The notes beneath the pieces are model-generated. The model was not told the origin of the DNA. It made no database searches and saw only the letters and a program-made list of their open reading frames with translations. A DNA stretch of 63,568 bases, the filler included, from Salisapilia sapeloensis CBS 127946 (taxonomy: Eukaryota; Protista; Oomycota), in NCBI GenBank assembly GCA_023334545.1. It is 6 parts of 6 records of this genome, joined end to end, with 100 filler letters (N's around TTAATTAATTAA, not from the genome) between each part and the next. Parts side by side here need not be neighbours in the genome. Positions count along the whole stretch, not along the records: positions 34,363 to 54,979 come from JAADVB010000295.1; 5 more parts are not named here. One strand, given 5' to 3'. Position 1 is the first letter of the stretch, and every line of letters begins with the position of its first letter. This document shows positions 34,720 to 44,873 of the stretch, in pieces. The position numbers and the translations under genes were made by a program.

Positions 34720-37700
34720 TTAGTTCCTACGACCCTTCCGCTTTCCCTTCTTTGCCTCAACCTTTGTCCAGCCTTCGTCCGCAGGCTGCTTCTTGACGGA
34801 CTTCTTGCTCTTCTTTTTGCTGGGCGTCTCGACAGGGCTGAGCGCCACCTCGGTGCCTTTTACATACTGCGTCAGCTTCTTGACAGCTTGCTCCAACTGT
34901 TGCCTCTCGTGCAAAACACTAATGAAGAAGCGCAGACGACATTTGCCTTCCTCCACTGCCGGATGGACGATGGGCTTCACGTTTACGTTCGCCTCTTTGC
35001 TTAAAAACTTGGATGCCTGCGCGGTCGCGATCGTACTTCCAAGCACGACGACAATCACAGGCGCTCCTCGTTCTGTGCGTTCACCAATGGGCAGTCCGTT
35101 CGCCACACACAAGTCGTAAAAGTAGGACGCCTTGTCCTGCAGTTGCTCCGTCCTCTTGCCACCCTCCGATTGCATGAGCTCGAGGGACCGGAGCGCGGCG
35201 GCCGCGTGCGCCGGACTGAGGCCGACACTGAACACGAATCCACCAGCACAGTGCTTGAGGTAGGAGGCCAGGGCCTTGCTACCGAGAATGAAGCCTCCAA
35301 CAGAGCCCAGGGCCTTGCTCATCGTTCCCATGCGGACGTCCACGTCTGCCGGATCGCACCCAAAGTGCTCGACAAGTCCTCTGCCAGTCTTGCCCATGGT
35401 GCCGAACGAGTGGGCTTCATCCAGGAAGAGCATTGCCTTGTATTTTTTCTTGAGTTCAATGACCTGCGGCAGGTGGACGACGTCGCCGTCCATGGAATAC
35501 ACGCTTTCCACAACTATCAGGACGCGACGGTATTTGAGTCGGAGGGAGCTCAGCATGCGCTCCAGCGCCTTCATGTCGTTGTGTGGGAACGGCTGAACAG
35601 TCGCGCCACTCAGCTTTTGGCCCGAGACGCAAGAGTTGTGGTTGAGCGCATCACATAGAATCAAGTCCTGGGGACCCACCAGCGCTTCCAACGTCGCCAC
35701 ATTCGCTACCCATCCGCCAACAAATAGTGTCGCTGCTTCGCTCCGGAAGAAACTGCACAGCTCTCTCTCCAGCGCTTCGTTCACGAGCGTCTGGCCGACG
35801 ATGGGAGAGGAGCTCATGGTGGATCCGTACTCGTCCACGGCGTCCTGCATCGCCTTGTGCACTCTCTTGTCGGATGCATGACCGAGGTAGTTGTACGTGT
35901 TAAAGTTCACCTGTTGCCTCTTTTCTTCCGTCAAGGATTCCAAGAACGGCACGTGCAGTCCAGCGTCGCTAAACTCCTTCATCTGCTGCTGGAGGTACTG
36001 CACCTCTGGGAAGGATTTAATGTCAAAAGTGCTCGCATCCACTTCCTCCAGACTGCCTACTTGCAAGTCGCTCTCGCGCGTCTCTCCAACTTCCACATCG
36101 CCAGTGGGAAGACCAGGCGCATGCGCAAGAGCCTCTGGAGTCTCGAACTGGAAGAAAGCGGCGGGAGGCACGACGCATCCGAGGAATTCGCCCAGCTCCG
36201 AGCTCAGTCCGACGAGAGCCACCGAATCGAGTCCAAAGGAAGACCAGCTAGCGTCCGAAGAAACTTTCTGGCCGACCTCTTGCTCCAGACGCTCTAGCAA
36301 CCACTGCAAGATCTGCTCTGGGCTCTTCTCGCCCTCCTCCGCTTTAGCCTTCACAACTTTTTTCGGAACAGTAGCCTCCACTGACTTGACTGTAGGCTTG
36401 TAAACCAATAAAGACTTGAGTTGTCCGTCCTCATACTGCAGCTTAGCGGCACTGCGTTGGATCTTGCCACTCGTCGTCTTCGGAATGCCTCTCTGTGGCA
36501 GCAAGACCAACGCCTCGCACTTCAGTTGATGCTCACGCAACACTGCACCAGCTACTTGTTGCGCCACACTCTCTAGATCCGATAGACCGTGACGCACTTC
36601 AGCAGCCACTACCAGCACCTCTTCCCCATTCCTTTCGACGCTAAAAGCAGCAGAGCATCCCGGCCGCATGCCCTCATGAGCATTCTCGACGGTGGCTTCC
36701 ACGTCCTGCGGCGCAATGTTCCTGCCTCGAACGATAATCAGGTCCTTCAGCCTGCCCGTCACGAACAGCTCGTCCTTCCTCAGGAAGCCCAAGTCTCCCG
36801 TGCGAAGGTACTCTTGTCCGTTCAGTTCGGCGTGGAACGCCTCCTTAGTTTGCTCTGGACGTTGCCAGTAGCCTTGTGCGACCGACGGGCCGGACACCCA
36901 GATCTCTCCCACCTCGTTCTCCCCCATGGCGCGTCCGTCCCGAACAATCTTCACTTGGAACGTCGGCGCCGCCTTGCCACAGCTGACGAGCGTCATGCCG
37001 TGTCCGTCAATAGCTTTCCTCTGCTTCTCCAACTGTTCCTTGCTAACGTCCAGAATCGTCACTTCCTTGCGCACCATCGGGTCTTGGCCAGTGCACACGA
37101 GCGTCACTTCCGCTAGGCCGTAGCCAGTGTTAAAGGTCTTGGGGTCGAAGCCGCTCTTTCTGAATTTGCTCGTGAAAGCGTCTAGACTCTCCCGTCGGAT
37201 CGGCTCCGCAGCACAAATGGCCTGTTTGAGGCAGCGCAAGTCCATCTTCTCTGCCTTCTCGTCCGTCGTCTTACGAGCCGCCAAAGCATATCCAAAGTTG
37301 GGCGCACAGATGTGCGTCGCCTGGTACGCATCGACGATCCGCATCCACATGCCAGGGTCCTTGATGAAACTGATGGGCGACATGCTGACGCAGCGAGCTT
37401 GGTTGACACACGGCATGATGATGAAACCGACGAGTCCCATGTCGTGGTAAGACGGCAGCCAGCTCACGAGCGTATCGTCCTTGATGATGCTGTCCCACGT
37501 GCGCAGCTGGGCTCGGATGTTGCCATGACTGATCATTATAGCCTTCGGGGCAGCAGTACTGCCGGACGAGTACTGAAAGAAGGCCAAGTCAGAGCTTTCC
37601 AACGCCACTTCCTCAAATTTGTCCTCCAGTCCACTGGCGAGTGCGTCCGTCGAGACCCAAGTCACTCCTTCCGGCCAGTTGCTAGTCTTACTCAGCGTCA

Positions 37701-38298
37701 AGTAGGCTTTGGCCGTCGCCAGTTGGCTCGCCACCTGATACGACCGACACGTCAAGACGCACTTGGCACCAGAATCTTCGACCAGTCTCGTGAACTTTGG
37801 AAGGTCTTTTGCCAATGTGCCTGGGTACGGAGGGTAGACGGGCACAGCCACTGCGCCAGCGTAGAGACAGCCCCAGAAGGCCAGGGCAAAGTCAAGTCCA
37901 GGAGGGTAGCACAGAGCCACACGATCGCCCTTTTGGATACCGTGTTTTTTCTGCAGACACGCTGCCACGCGTCTCGCGGCAGCATCCACTTCCGCAAACG
38001 AGTAGCTCGTGTCCTCTTTTCCTGCGTCATTCAGAAAAGTGTAGGCGAGCTGTTCGCCAGCAGCACTCGCAGCCACATTCTTGAGCTCCTGAATGACAGA
38101 CGTAAAGTCCTCCTTCTTTCCCTTCTTCTTTGCCTTTTTCCCCTTCTTGCCAGTCTTTTTGGCCTGCGTCACCGGGCGCTCCTTCCGGCATCCGTGGTAG
38201 ACGCCGGCAGCCATGGCCGAAGCGGAGACGACGGAGGCTGCCGTGATGACTCCTTCGTAGGAGAGCTGTCCCACGACGTCAGTGATGAGGGAGGACAT
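34720..38298 (-). CDS. Tri-domain fatty acyl-AMP ligase - acyl carrier protein - PLP-dependent alpha-oxoamine synthase (AONS/SPT family)
   Basis: 1192 aa, intronless. FAAL motifs: FQYSSGST..PKAIMISHGN, SWLPSYHDMGL, YGLAE, LRTGDLGF, GRLKDLIIVRGRN..PQDVE, IPKTTSGKIQR. ACP motif FGLDS (Ser about 692). AOS motifs: NFNTYNYLG, DALNHNS, FPHND, VESVYSMDGD, DEAHSFG, GTMSKA (PLP Lys about 995). Hydrophobic N-terminus. Confidence 0.93.
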   Translation of the reverse strand: MSSLITDVVGQLSYEGVITAASVVSASAMAAGVYHGCRKERPVTQAKKTGKKGKKAKKKGKKEDFTSVIQELKNVAASAAGEQLAYTFLNDAGKEDTSYSFAEVDAAARRVAACLQKKHGIQKGDRVALCYPPGLDFALAFWGCLYAGAVAVPVYPPYPGTLAKDLPKFTRLVEDSGAKCVLTCRSYQVASQLATAKAYLTLSKTSNWPEGVTWVSTDALASGLEDKFEEVALESSDLAFFQYSSGSTAAPKAIMISHGNIRAQLRTWDSIIKDDTLVSWLPSYHDMGLVGFIIMPCVNQARCVSMSPISFIKDPGMWMRIVDAYQATHICAPNFGYALAARKTTDEKAEKMDLRCLKQAICAAEPIRRESLDAFTSKFRKSGFDPKTFNTGYGLAEVTLVCTGQDPMVRKEVTILDVSKEQLEKQRKAIDGHGMTLVSCGKAAPTFQVKIVRDGRAMGENEVGEIWVSGPSVAQGYWQRPEQTKEAFHAELNGQEYLRTGDLGFLRKDELFVTGRLKDLIIVRGRNIAPQDVEATVENAHEGMRPGCSAAFSVERNGEEVLVVAAEVRHGLSDLESVAQQVAGAVLREHQLKCEALVLLPQRGIPKTTSGKIQRSAAKLQYEDGQLKSLLVYKPTVKSVEATVPKKVVKAKAEEGEKSPEQILQWLLERLEQEVGQKVSSDASWSSFGLDSVALVGLSSELGEFLGCVVPPAAFFQFETPEALAHAPGLPTGDVEVGETRESDLQVGSLEEVDASTFDIKSFPEVQYLQQQMKEFSDAGLHVPFLESLTEEKRQQVNFNTYNYLGHASDKRVHKAMQDAVDEYGSTMSSSPIVGQTLVNEALERELCSFFRSEAATLFVGGWVANVATLEALVGPQDLILCDALNHNSCVSGQKLSGATVQPFPHNDMKALERMLSSLRLKYRRVLIVVESVYSMDGDVVHLPQVIELKKKYKAMLFLDEAHSFGTMGKTGRGLVEHFGCDPADVDVRMGTMSKALGSVGGFILGSKALASYLKHCAGGFVFSVGLSPAHAAAALRSLELMQSEGGKRTEQLQDKASYFYDLCVANGLPIGERTERGAPVIVVVLGSTIATAQASKFLSKEANVNVKPIVHPAVEEGKCRLRFFISVLHERQQLEQAVKKLTQYVKGTEVALSPVETPSKKKSKKSVKKQPADEGWTKVEAKKGKRKGRRN

Positions 38299-38453
38299 GA
38301 GAAATGGATGACTTGGTCGCTGCGGCTCCGATGGTGATGTGCCAACGGGTGATATCAGATACTTTCTCTATAGAGTGCCATATGACTACCACCTGAGGAC
38401 AGCAGATGCAGGTTACTATTAATTACTCTATCTACCTACGGACGGATACTAGG

Positions 38454-40283
38454 CTATCGCTTGAACAACCGACTAAACTGTGGCCCGGTCGACTTCCCGG
38501 GTGCCTTTGCGCTCATAAAAGTACTACCAGGACGATTAAAGCTATCTGTGCGCTGAGGAATAACAGGCAGATGATTCGTGTGGTAATCGCCCGAGCGAGG
38601 AACGCTTTTACCCCTCGTCGCGACTGATTCCGCTTTCTTGTAGATAGCCGGAAGCTTTGTGCCTCGATTACCAATTTGCATACTCATCTGAGATGCTCCC
38701 ACACTTAAAGCTGCTCGTGCCTGCACCGGCGGCTTGCTCACGCCAGCTCGTGACGGGGCCGTTGTATTGTCTCGACCACCTCCTAAGGTTCTGCCATTAC
38801 TCAAACCACGTCCATGTACTGGCGCTGGACCTCGTGGAGCTCGATTACTAGGCCGTCGTTGTGTATTTTGTCCAAACCCTGCACGCATATTCACCGTCGT
38901 TGGAGCTCTTCGCACGGCCTCCGTCCGGCGTCCAAATTCCTTCTTCATCGTATCAAACTTTTGCATGCCAATGTTCGAATGAGGAATCTTTCTTCCGGAA
39001 GCGGCACCTACTGCAGGAGCACGCACCATCGGCTTCGTAACGTTCCTTCTCGTATTTGTCGACGCGGCCGGCCCGGTCGAGGTTCCCACTCGGCTAGCCC
39101 CTGTCGGCCTCGCTGCATTCGCACGTTTGACACCAGAGGGTGTGTTCATTGCATTCGTCCTTCGCTGGACTGCTGCTTGGCGCTTCTTTGCCATCCAATT
39201 CTTCACAACGAGGTCTTGCTTTTGTTTCTCCATCTCCTCCTGCTTCGCTTTCTCTTTCTTCAAGTACAATCGCTTCTCACGCTCCGTCATTCGACGAAGT
39301 TGCTTCTGCTTACTTTCTGGTACAGACGTCAAAAAGGTTCCGTTCGGTCCTCTTGTTCTCGGAGCTGGCACTCGTCGGTTATTGGTGGCAGGTGCTTTAC
39401 TTCGCACTTTGCTCACAGAGTACACTGTCTGCGATGGTCGCTGGTGCGCACCGATGGTCTTTCGCTTGTCGAATCTGACAGTATCCTTGGCCGTCGATGG
39501 CGCTCGTTCGGTAAAGTCTGTGCTTTCAAGCTGTCGAATACGTTTCTCCAATTCCATTAGTCTGTCTAGACTAGAGATGACAGTCTTTGGGTCCATGGCC
39601 TCTCGCATGCTAGCGCTTCGATACAGTGCTGGATCGTTCTCTTTATTCTTATCTACACTCTTCTCTTTAGCGTCCTTGGGCGGTAAGGAACTCGATCGTT
39701 GCCTCGAATTGAGCTCCTGAAGACCCTGCTTGAATCGAAATCGTCGCAAGTGCATTTCTTCTCGCTGAGCCAACTGCCCCTTGAGCTTTTGCAACTGCTG
39801 GATCTGACGCTCGGCACTCACTTCCATCCGTTCTTCCTTTTCTTTTTCCTTTTGCTGAAATTCCTGGAAAAATGCAGAGTTGACGTTCAAAGGCTTGAGC
39901 TGTTCATCCTCTACAATCTGCTGGATGCGCTGTGTCTGCTGCAACTTGTCGTTTCGTATCGTCACTTGCGCTATTTGCGAGTCCTCGGTCTTTGTCCGAT
40001 TCGTCTTGATAATCGCTGCCTTTAAAGCTGCTTCATTCGCTAACTTGTGCCACTGGAGAAGCTTCATCTCCTGTTGCAACTCCTCTAGCTGGTTCAGGGG
40101 CTTCTGGTAACCTCGCGGCGGCTTCCCTGGGATGAGACTCGCCTGAGCGCTATCTTGCGCAGGGTTCCCATCAGCAGACGTTTGGATGGGAAGATCAGTC
40201 TCTTGGTTTTCCTCTTTGTCCGCCGCTTGCTCATACAGATGCAGCTCCTTGACCCAGTTCGAAAATTCGGACGCGACCGCCAT
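38454..40283 (-). CDS. Hypothetical protein: N-terminal coiled coil plus long basic disordered tail
   Basis: 609-codon ATG-started frame with coherent composition (Q/E/K heptads, then an R/P/A/G/T-rich tail); no family recognised. Confidence 0.75.
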   Translation of the reverse strand: MAVASEFSNWVKELHLYEQAADKEENQETDLPIQTSADGNPAQDSAQASLIPGKPPRGYQKPLNQLEELQQEMKLLQWHKLANEAALKAAIIKTNRTKTEDSQIAQVTIRNDKLQQTQRIQQIVEDEQLKPLNVNSAFFQEFQQKEKEKEERMEVSAERQIQQLQKLKGQLAQREEMHLRRFRFKQGLQELNSRQRSSSLPPKDAKEKSVDKNKENDPALYRSASMREAMDPKTVISSLDRLMELEKRIRQLESTDFTERAPSTAKDTVRFDKRKTIGAHQRPSQTVYSVSKVRSKAPATNNRRVPAPRTRGPNGTFLTSVPESKQKQLRRMTEREKRLYLKKEKAKQEEMEKQKQDLVVKNWMAKKRQAAVQRRTNAMNTPSGVKRANAARPTGASRVGTSTGPAASTNTRRNVTKPMVRAPAVGAASGRKIPHSNIGMQKFDTMKKEFGRRTEAVRRAPTTVNMRAGFGQNTQRRPSNRAPRGPAPVHGRGLSNGRTLGGGRDNTTAPSRAGVSKPPVQARAALSVGASQMSMQIGNRGTKLPAIYKKAESVATRGKSVPRSGDYHTNHLPVIPQRTDSFNRPGSTFMSAKAPGKSTGPQFSRLFKR

Positions 40284-40465
40284 TCGTATCGGGGAAGGCT
40301 GAATTCGACTTGTCTCCTCGTCGGACCAAAGGACACAAATCTATTTTTGATCTTGAACAACTACTTCACGTGCTTATACGACTGCGCGTTGCTGCAAAGA
40401 AGATTTAGGAAAGTTACCAACGAAAAGTGGTTTATTTTCTCTCCTACGTTATCCTCACTTCTCAC

Positions 40466-42232
40466 CTACTGCATGTGCTTCATGTCGGAAGTGATCTCGT
40501 CGATCGTCTTGCCCTTCGTCTCCGGCACATATCGGATCATAAAGAGCAGCGCTGCGATCAAGATGGCAGCAAACGGCATGAACACGAGCTCGTTCAGCGC
40601 AGACTGGAGACTGGGGAAGACGAGGCCGACGAGGAAACTGCAAATCCAATTCACCATCGTCGCGATGCTCATGGCCGTCGGGCGAGGTGCAGCCGGGAAC
40701 ATCTCGGCCACGATGAGCCACGGGATGGGACCGAGGCCGATCTCAAAGAACCATACAAAGCACATGACGCCGCCGACGCTGACTAGGTTGGCGAATGGTA
40801 GCAGTTTAAACAATCCAAGTGTCAGGACGATGCAAGAGACGATCATCCCTCCAGCAGAATACATGAGCAGAGGTCGACGTCCGGCCGTGTCCATCAGTCC
40901 GAGAGCGACACCCGTCGAGATGACATTAATCGTACCGACGAGACATGTGCCGACGAGAGGGTTGGCCAGTCCGACGTTGCTAAAGAACATGTTGGCGTAG
41001 AACATGACTGCGTTGATACCACTGAGCTGCTGCGCCATTTGCAATACAACGCCGACGACGAGAGGGAAACGGATGCTCTTGTCCTTGAGCACAGTCATAA
41101 TACCAACGTCCGACCCGGTCTCGTTATCGTCTGCAGAGCAGATGCTGTCAATCTCTTCGTACACGTCGTTAGACCCTCGGAGACTGCGCAGCACTTCGGC
41201 AGCTTCTTTCGGCTGGTTCTGAGTCAACAGCCAACGCGGACTCTCCACCAACAGTGTCGAAAGGGCGATTTGAATGAGACCAGGCACGGCAGTGAAGCCA
41301 AGGAGGAATCTCCATCCAGGCTGGGCCAGTCCTTCGCTCGGAGCAGAGAAGCCGAACGCTAGCAGATCGGCGATCAAGATACCCGTGACCATGGCGAACT
41401 GGTATCCTGTGCCGAGAGCACCTCGCAAGTTTGGAGGAGCCAGCTCACCAAGGTACAGAGGGACGATGACACTGACAGTGCCAGACGCAAAGCCGACGAG
41501 GAATCGCCCGACGGAGAGCATGGCCATGTTGAGCGCACCGCCCATGAGGCAGCCAGCAATGATGAAGAGCAATGCGTCTGCCAACAACGCCTTCTTACGT
41601 CCTAGAACTGTACTGACTTTGCCAGCTGAGAGGGAGCCCAACGGACCTCCAATGGCAAAGATCGATACACAGACTGCCCACTCGAGGTCCGAGTGTCCTG
41701 GGAAGACGAGATTGGCATCCACCGCACCTGTGACACCCGTATTGAAGCCGAATTGGAAGGCAGAGATGAGGGCCACCAGACACGACAAGAGCAGCGGCCA
41801 TGTGTACCCCGGCTCAGGGAACTCGTCCGGCTCTCCAAGCAGAGGCTGCTCCTCTCCTCTCTACATGTCGTCCGTTAGTACGCTGGATTCGTATAACGTT
41901 ACTTTAATATATTCCTACCTTGACGAGGTCGGTGAACGAACCCCAGGAACTTCTGCTTTTCAGATTCGAGTAGCTACGCTCGCGCTGGAAGGACTGCCGG
42001 CGCATACCGGCGAGTGCCATGAAAGGCAGCTCCTGGTAGAGCCTCTTCTGCTCCTCGACTGCATTGCATGAGGTCAGCTAGATGGCATGTCGACTAAAAA
42101 TGTAGTGGTCGCACCATAAAAGTAGAGATTTTGGGCCGTATTCGATCGCTTTTTGAGCCCCTCCTGCTCCTTGATCTGGGCCCAGGACCCGTACTGGGTC
42201 CCGATCGCGACGTCACTCTTGCTTGGCTTCAT
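40466..42232 (-). CDS. MFS sugar porter (GLUT-like hexose transporter), 3 exons
   Basis: AFQFGFNTGV, GRKK, GRFLVG, YLGELAPPNLRG, WRF, PESPRWL-like VESPRWL, QQLSGINAVMFY, GRRPL, FFEIGLGPIPWLIVAEMF and PETKGKT. 5' exons reconstructed from the ATG at 42232 via two introns (one has a TACTAAC branch site at 41874-41880). Confidence 0.93.
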
Positions 42233-42763
42233 CTCTCTCTAGTACGGTAGACGAGTTCGAAAGTGTCAAAACGCTCGTCGCGGCAGAAGACAGCGCGATA
42301 ATTTGTGCTCGCGACTGAAGATGAAAGATCGTGCATCGTAACGGTTCATCATACTTACTCCAAGTGTGCGACGTGCGCCATACGTTCTCGCTGATGGAGG
42401 TATCTTCAGAGGTTGCTGGACGCTCGGCAGGTCGACCGAAGGTGCGTGAGGAAACCTAGAGGAAAGTGACCGGAAGGTGGACCTGGGTGTTATCGAGCAC
42501 AAAAGGCAGTGCCACATCGGAGCAATTCACACTGGCAAAGTGACAAGACAGCATCTGCATTTCCACTACGACAAGCGTATTTACTACCAAGTCCCCCGAA
42601 GGCATTACTGGTACTCAACATCTCTTGCCACTCCTACTTCAATCCGCGTGCACATGCATATACACTGAACGAGCTGTTCTTAACTTGATCTTATCCGTAG
42701 TCACCTCGTCGTCATCTTAGACTAGTCGTCCAAGTCTAGCCAGCTCTTTCCGAAGGAATAAGC

Positions 42764-44709
42764 ATGACACTACGGTCGCTCTTTGCGCAGGCCTTTTGGA
42801 CCAAGCCGTTGCCATCGCCTGCATCCACTGGGGCCGAACACGAAGCACATCCCGGTGCAAAGCTCAATTTCATCGATGTCCTGTTGATGGGCATCGGTGG
42901 CACAGTCGGCACAGGTGTCTTTGCCACTTCTGGCAAAATTGCGGCCTTGTATGCAGGTACGTCTACCTTGTCATCTCCTGATATCTCATAAAGACAATAT
43001 GACTAAAGCCGTTTTTCTCCATAGGACCGGCAGCCATCCTTAGTTGGCTCTTGTCTGGCCTCGGATGCCTGCTATCAGGCTTAGCTTTCATGGAACTATC
43101 TGCCCAAATTCCTTCTACAGGCTCTTCTTACGCCTACGCGTATCATGCACTGGGGGAGTTTCCAGCGCTCGTCGCAGGCTTCCTCCTTACCCTCGAGTAC
43201 GGCGTGTCAAGTGCAGGAGGTGCTCGAGCGTGGAGTCAAAAGCTGCAGACTTTCCTAGTCTCTCACATAGGTGTTAATCTGCCGTCAGCTTTGCGGACAA
43301 TCGAGCCGTCGAATGATGGGGTGGACTGCTTTGCCGGTCTCTTGTTGCTGGCATGCGTGCTCATCAACCTGTGTGGACTCCAGGCTGGGAAAATTGTGGT
43401 TAATTCAGTGACGCTGACTAAAATTGGCGTCGTGCTCTTTGTCATCATCGGGGGTGTTGTCAACTTTGACGCGTCCAACTTGACGCCTTTCCTTCCACCC
43501 GGAGTCTCGGAAGTGCCAAGTGCAATCCCAATGAACACGACTGACAGTTTAGACACTTCAGAAACAGTGTACGGCTGGCCAGGGGTCGTCCTAGGTGCTA
43601 GCGCCAGCTTTTACGGCTACATTGGCTTCGATGAAATCTGCTGCATGGCGTCCGAGGTGAAAGATGCACGGAAGACCGTACCTCAAGCCGTCTTCGGCAC
43701 CATCATTGGCACCATGCTTCTTTCTACTATGGCCACCTTCGCACTCGTTGGCATGCAGTCCTTTCGAGAGATTGACGTCGAAGAGTCGTTCGGATCTGCC
43801 TTTGAGGCAAATGGGTGGCACGTCGCAGGCACCATCGTCAACATCGGTGAACTGCTTACGATGCCCATCACGACCTTCATCGGGTTCTTGGCACAGCCTC
43901 GAGTGTGTAAAGCTATGGCGCAAGACGGCCTTCTTCCCAGCATCTTTATGAAGCCTGGGTGGAATGGAGACGAGCCTGTCTATAGCATCCTACTCAGTGG
44001 CATTGCCGTCATCCTCATCGCACTCTTCGTCCCGTTCGGTCTGCTCTGGAGCTGCATTTCTCTTGGCATCCTCGTCGCGTTTGTGCTTACTAACTGCTCT
44101 GTGATGGTGCTCCGACTGGACAAGGTGGAGCGAGCAAGTCCAGGCCGGGGTGCCAGCAGAGGAAAGAAACTACTGATGGCCTACCTCGTCTGTTCCTTCA
44201 TTGCTGCCTTCCACGTCCACCATCAAATGATGAAGAGTGACAATGCTATATCTCCTTTCGACGAGTACATGGTGTCTCTCATCGGCAGTATCATCACCGT
44301 CGTCTTCTCTGCAGCATCAATTGGTCTTGTCTTCGTGCTGTCTTGTGAAGGCAGTGTCGAGGCCAAAAGTAAAGAGATCGAGTTGGCTGTCAAAGAAAAG
44401 TCATCCCCACAAGAAGACACACCGTCGGAAGAGAAAGAGGAGAGCGGTGCGATGGTCGAAAACTATTCGATTTCTGACTCTACTCCAGTTTCCGATACTG
44501 GCTTCCGAGCGCCGTTCGGACCGTGGCCGCCATGTCTAGCCATCTTCATCAACTGGCTACTGATCGCCCAACTGAGCTCTACGGCAGCTCTGATGATCGG
44601 CTGCTGGATGTTCGTCGCCTTCCTTCTCTACGCTGCGTACGGAAGTCGGAACAGCCTCGCAAAGCAGCAGCTAGCGTACCACAAACTGGATGCTCCGTCT
44701 GTCCATTAA
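42764..44709 (+). CDS. Cationic amino acid transporter (APC superfamily), 2 exons
   Basis: MGIGGTVGTGVF, then an intron at 42958-43024, then AGPAAILSW, ELSAQIPSTGSSYAYAY, GEFPA, FYGYIGFD, EVKD, QPR...AMAQDGLLP and FRAPFGPWPP. Confidence 0.93.
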
Positions 44710-44873
44710 TCAACGTCTAACAAGGTCAATTCGCAAATAAAAAACATCCAAAGTCAAAACTGTGTTTCTCCTTGTTTCCCTAGTGGCATCGAGCTTCTCC
44801 ATCGCAGCGTCGCCATCCAGAGAACTATTAATCAGAAAAGTAGGCTGTGCACAAGAATCTTCGCCCGCAACAT

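Noticed and set aside
37312-38337. 341-aa plus-strand ORF, and other long ORFs antisense to real genes (e.g. 9249-9944, 27036-27737, 40155-41000, 41274-42071, 46990-47754, 59925-60461)
   Set aside because: They lie opposite well-supported genes, have no recognisable motifs, and are expected shadows of codon bias.
34720-44709. FAAL-ACP-AOS gene near a sugar and an amino-acid transporter as a possible biosynthetic gene cluster
   Set aside because: No tailoring enzymes (reductase, PPTase, acyltransferase) are nearby, the transporters are ordinary GLUT/CAT types, and an unrelated gene intervenes.
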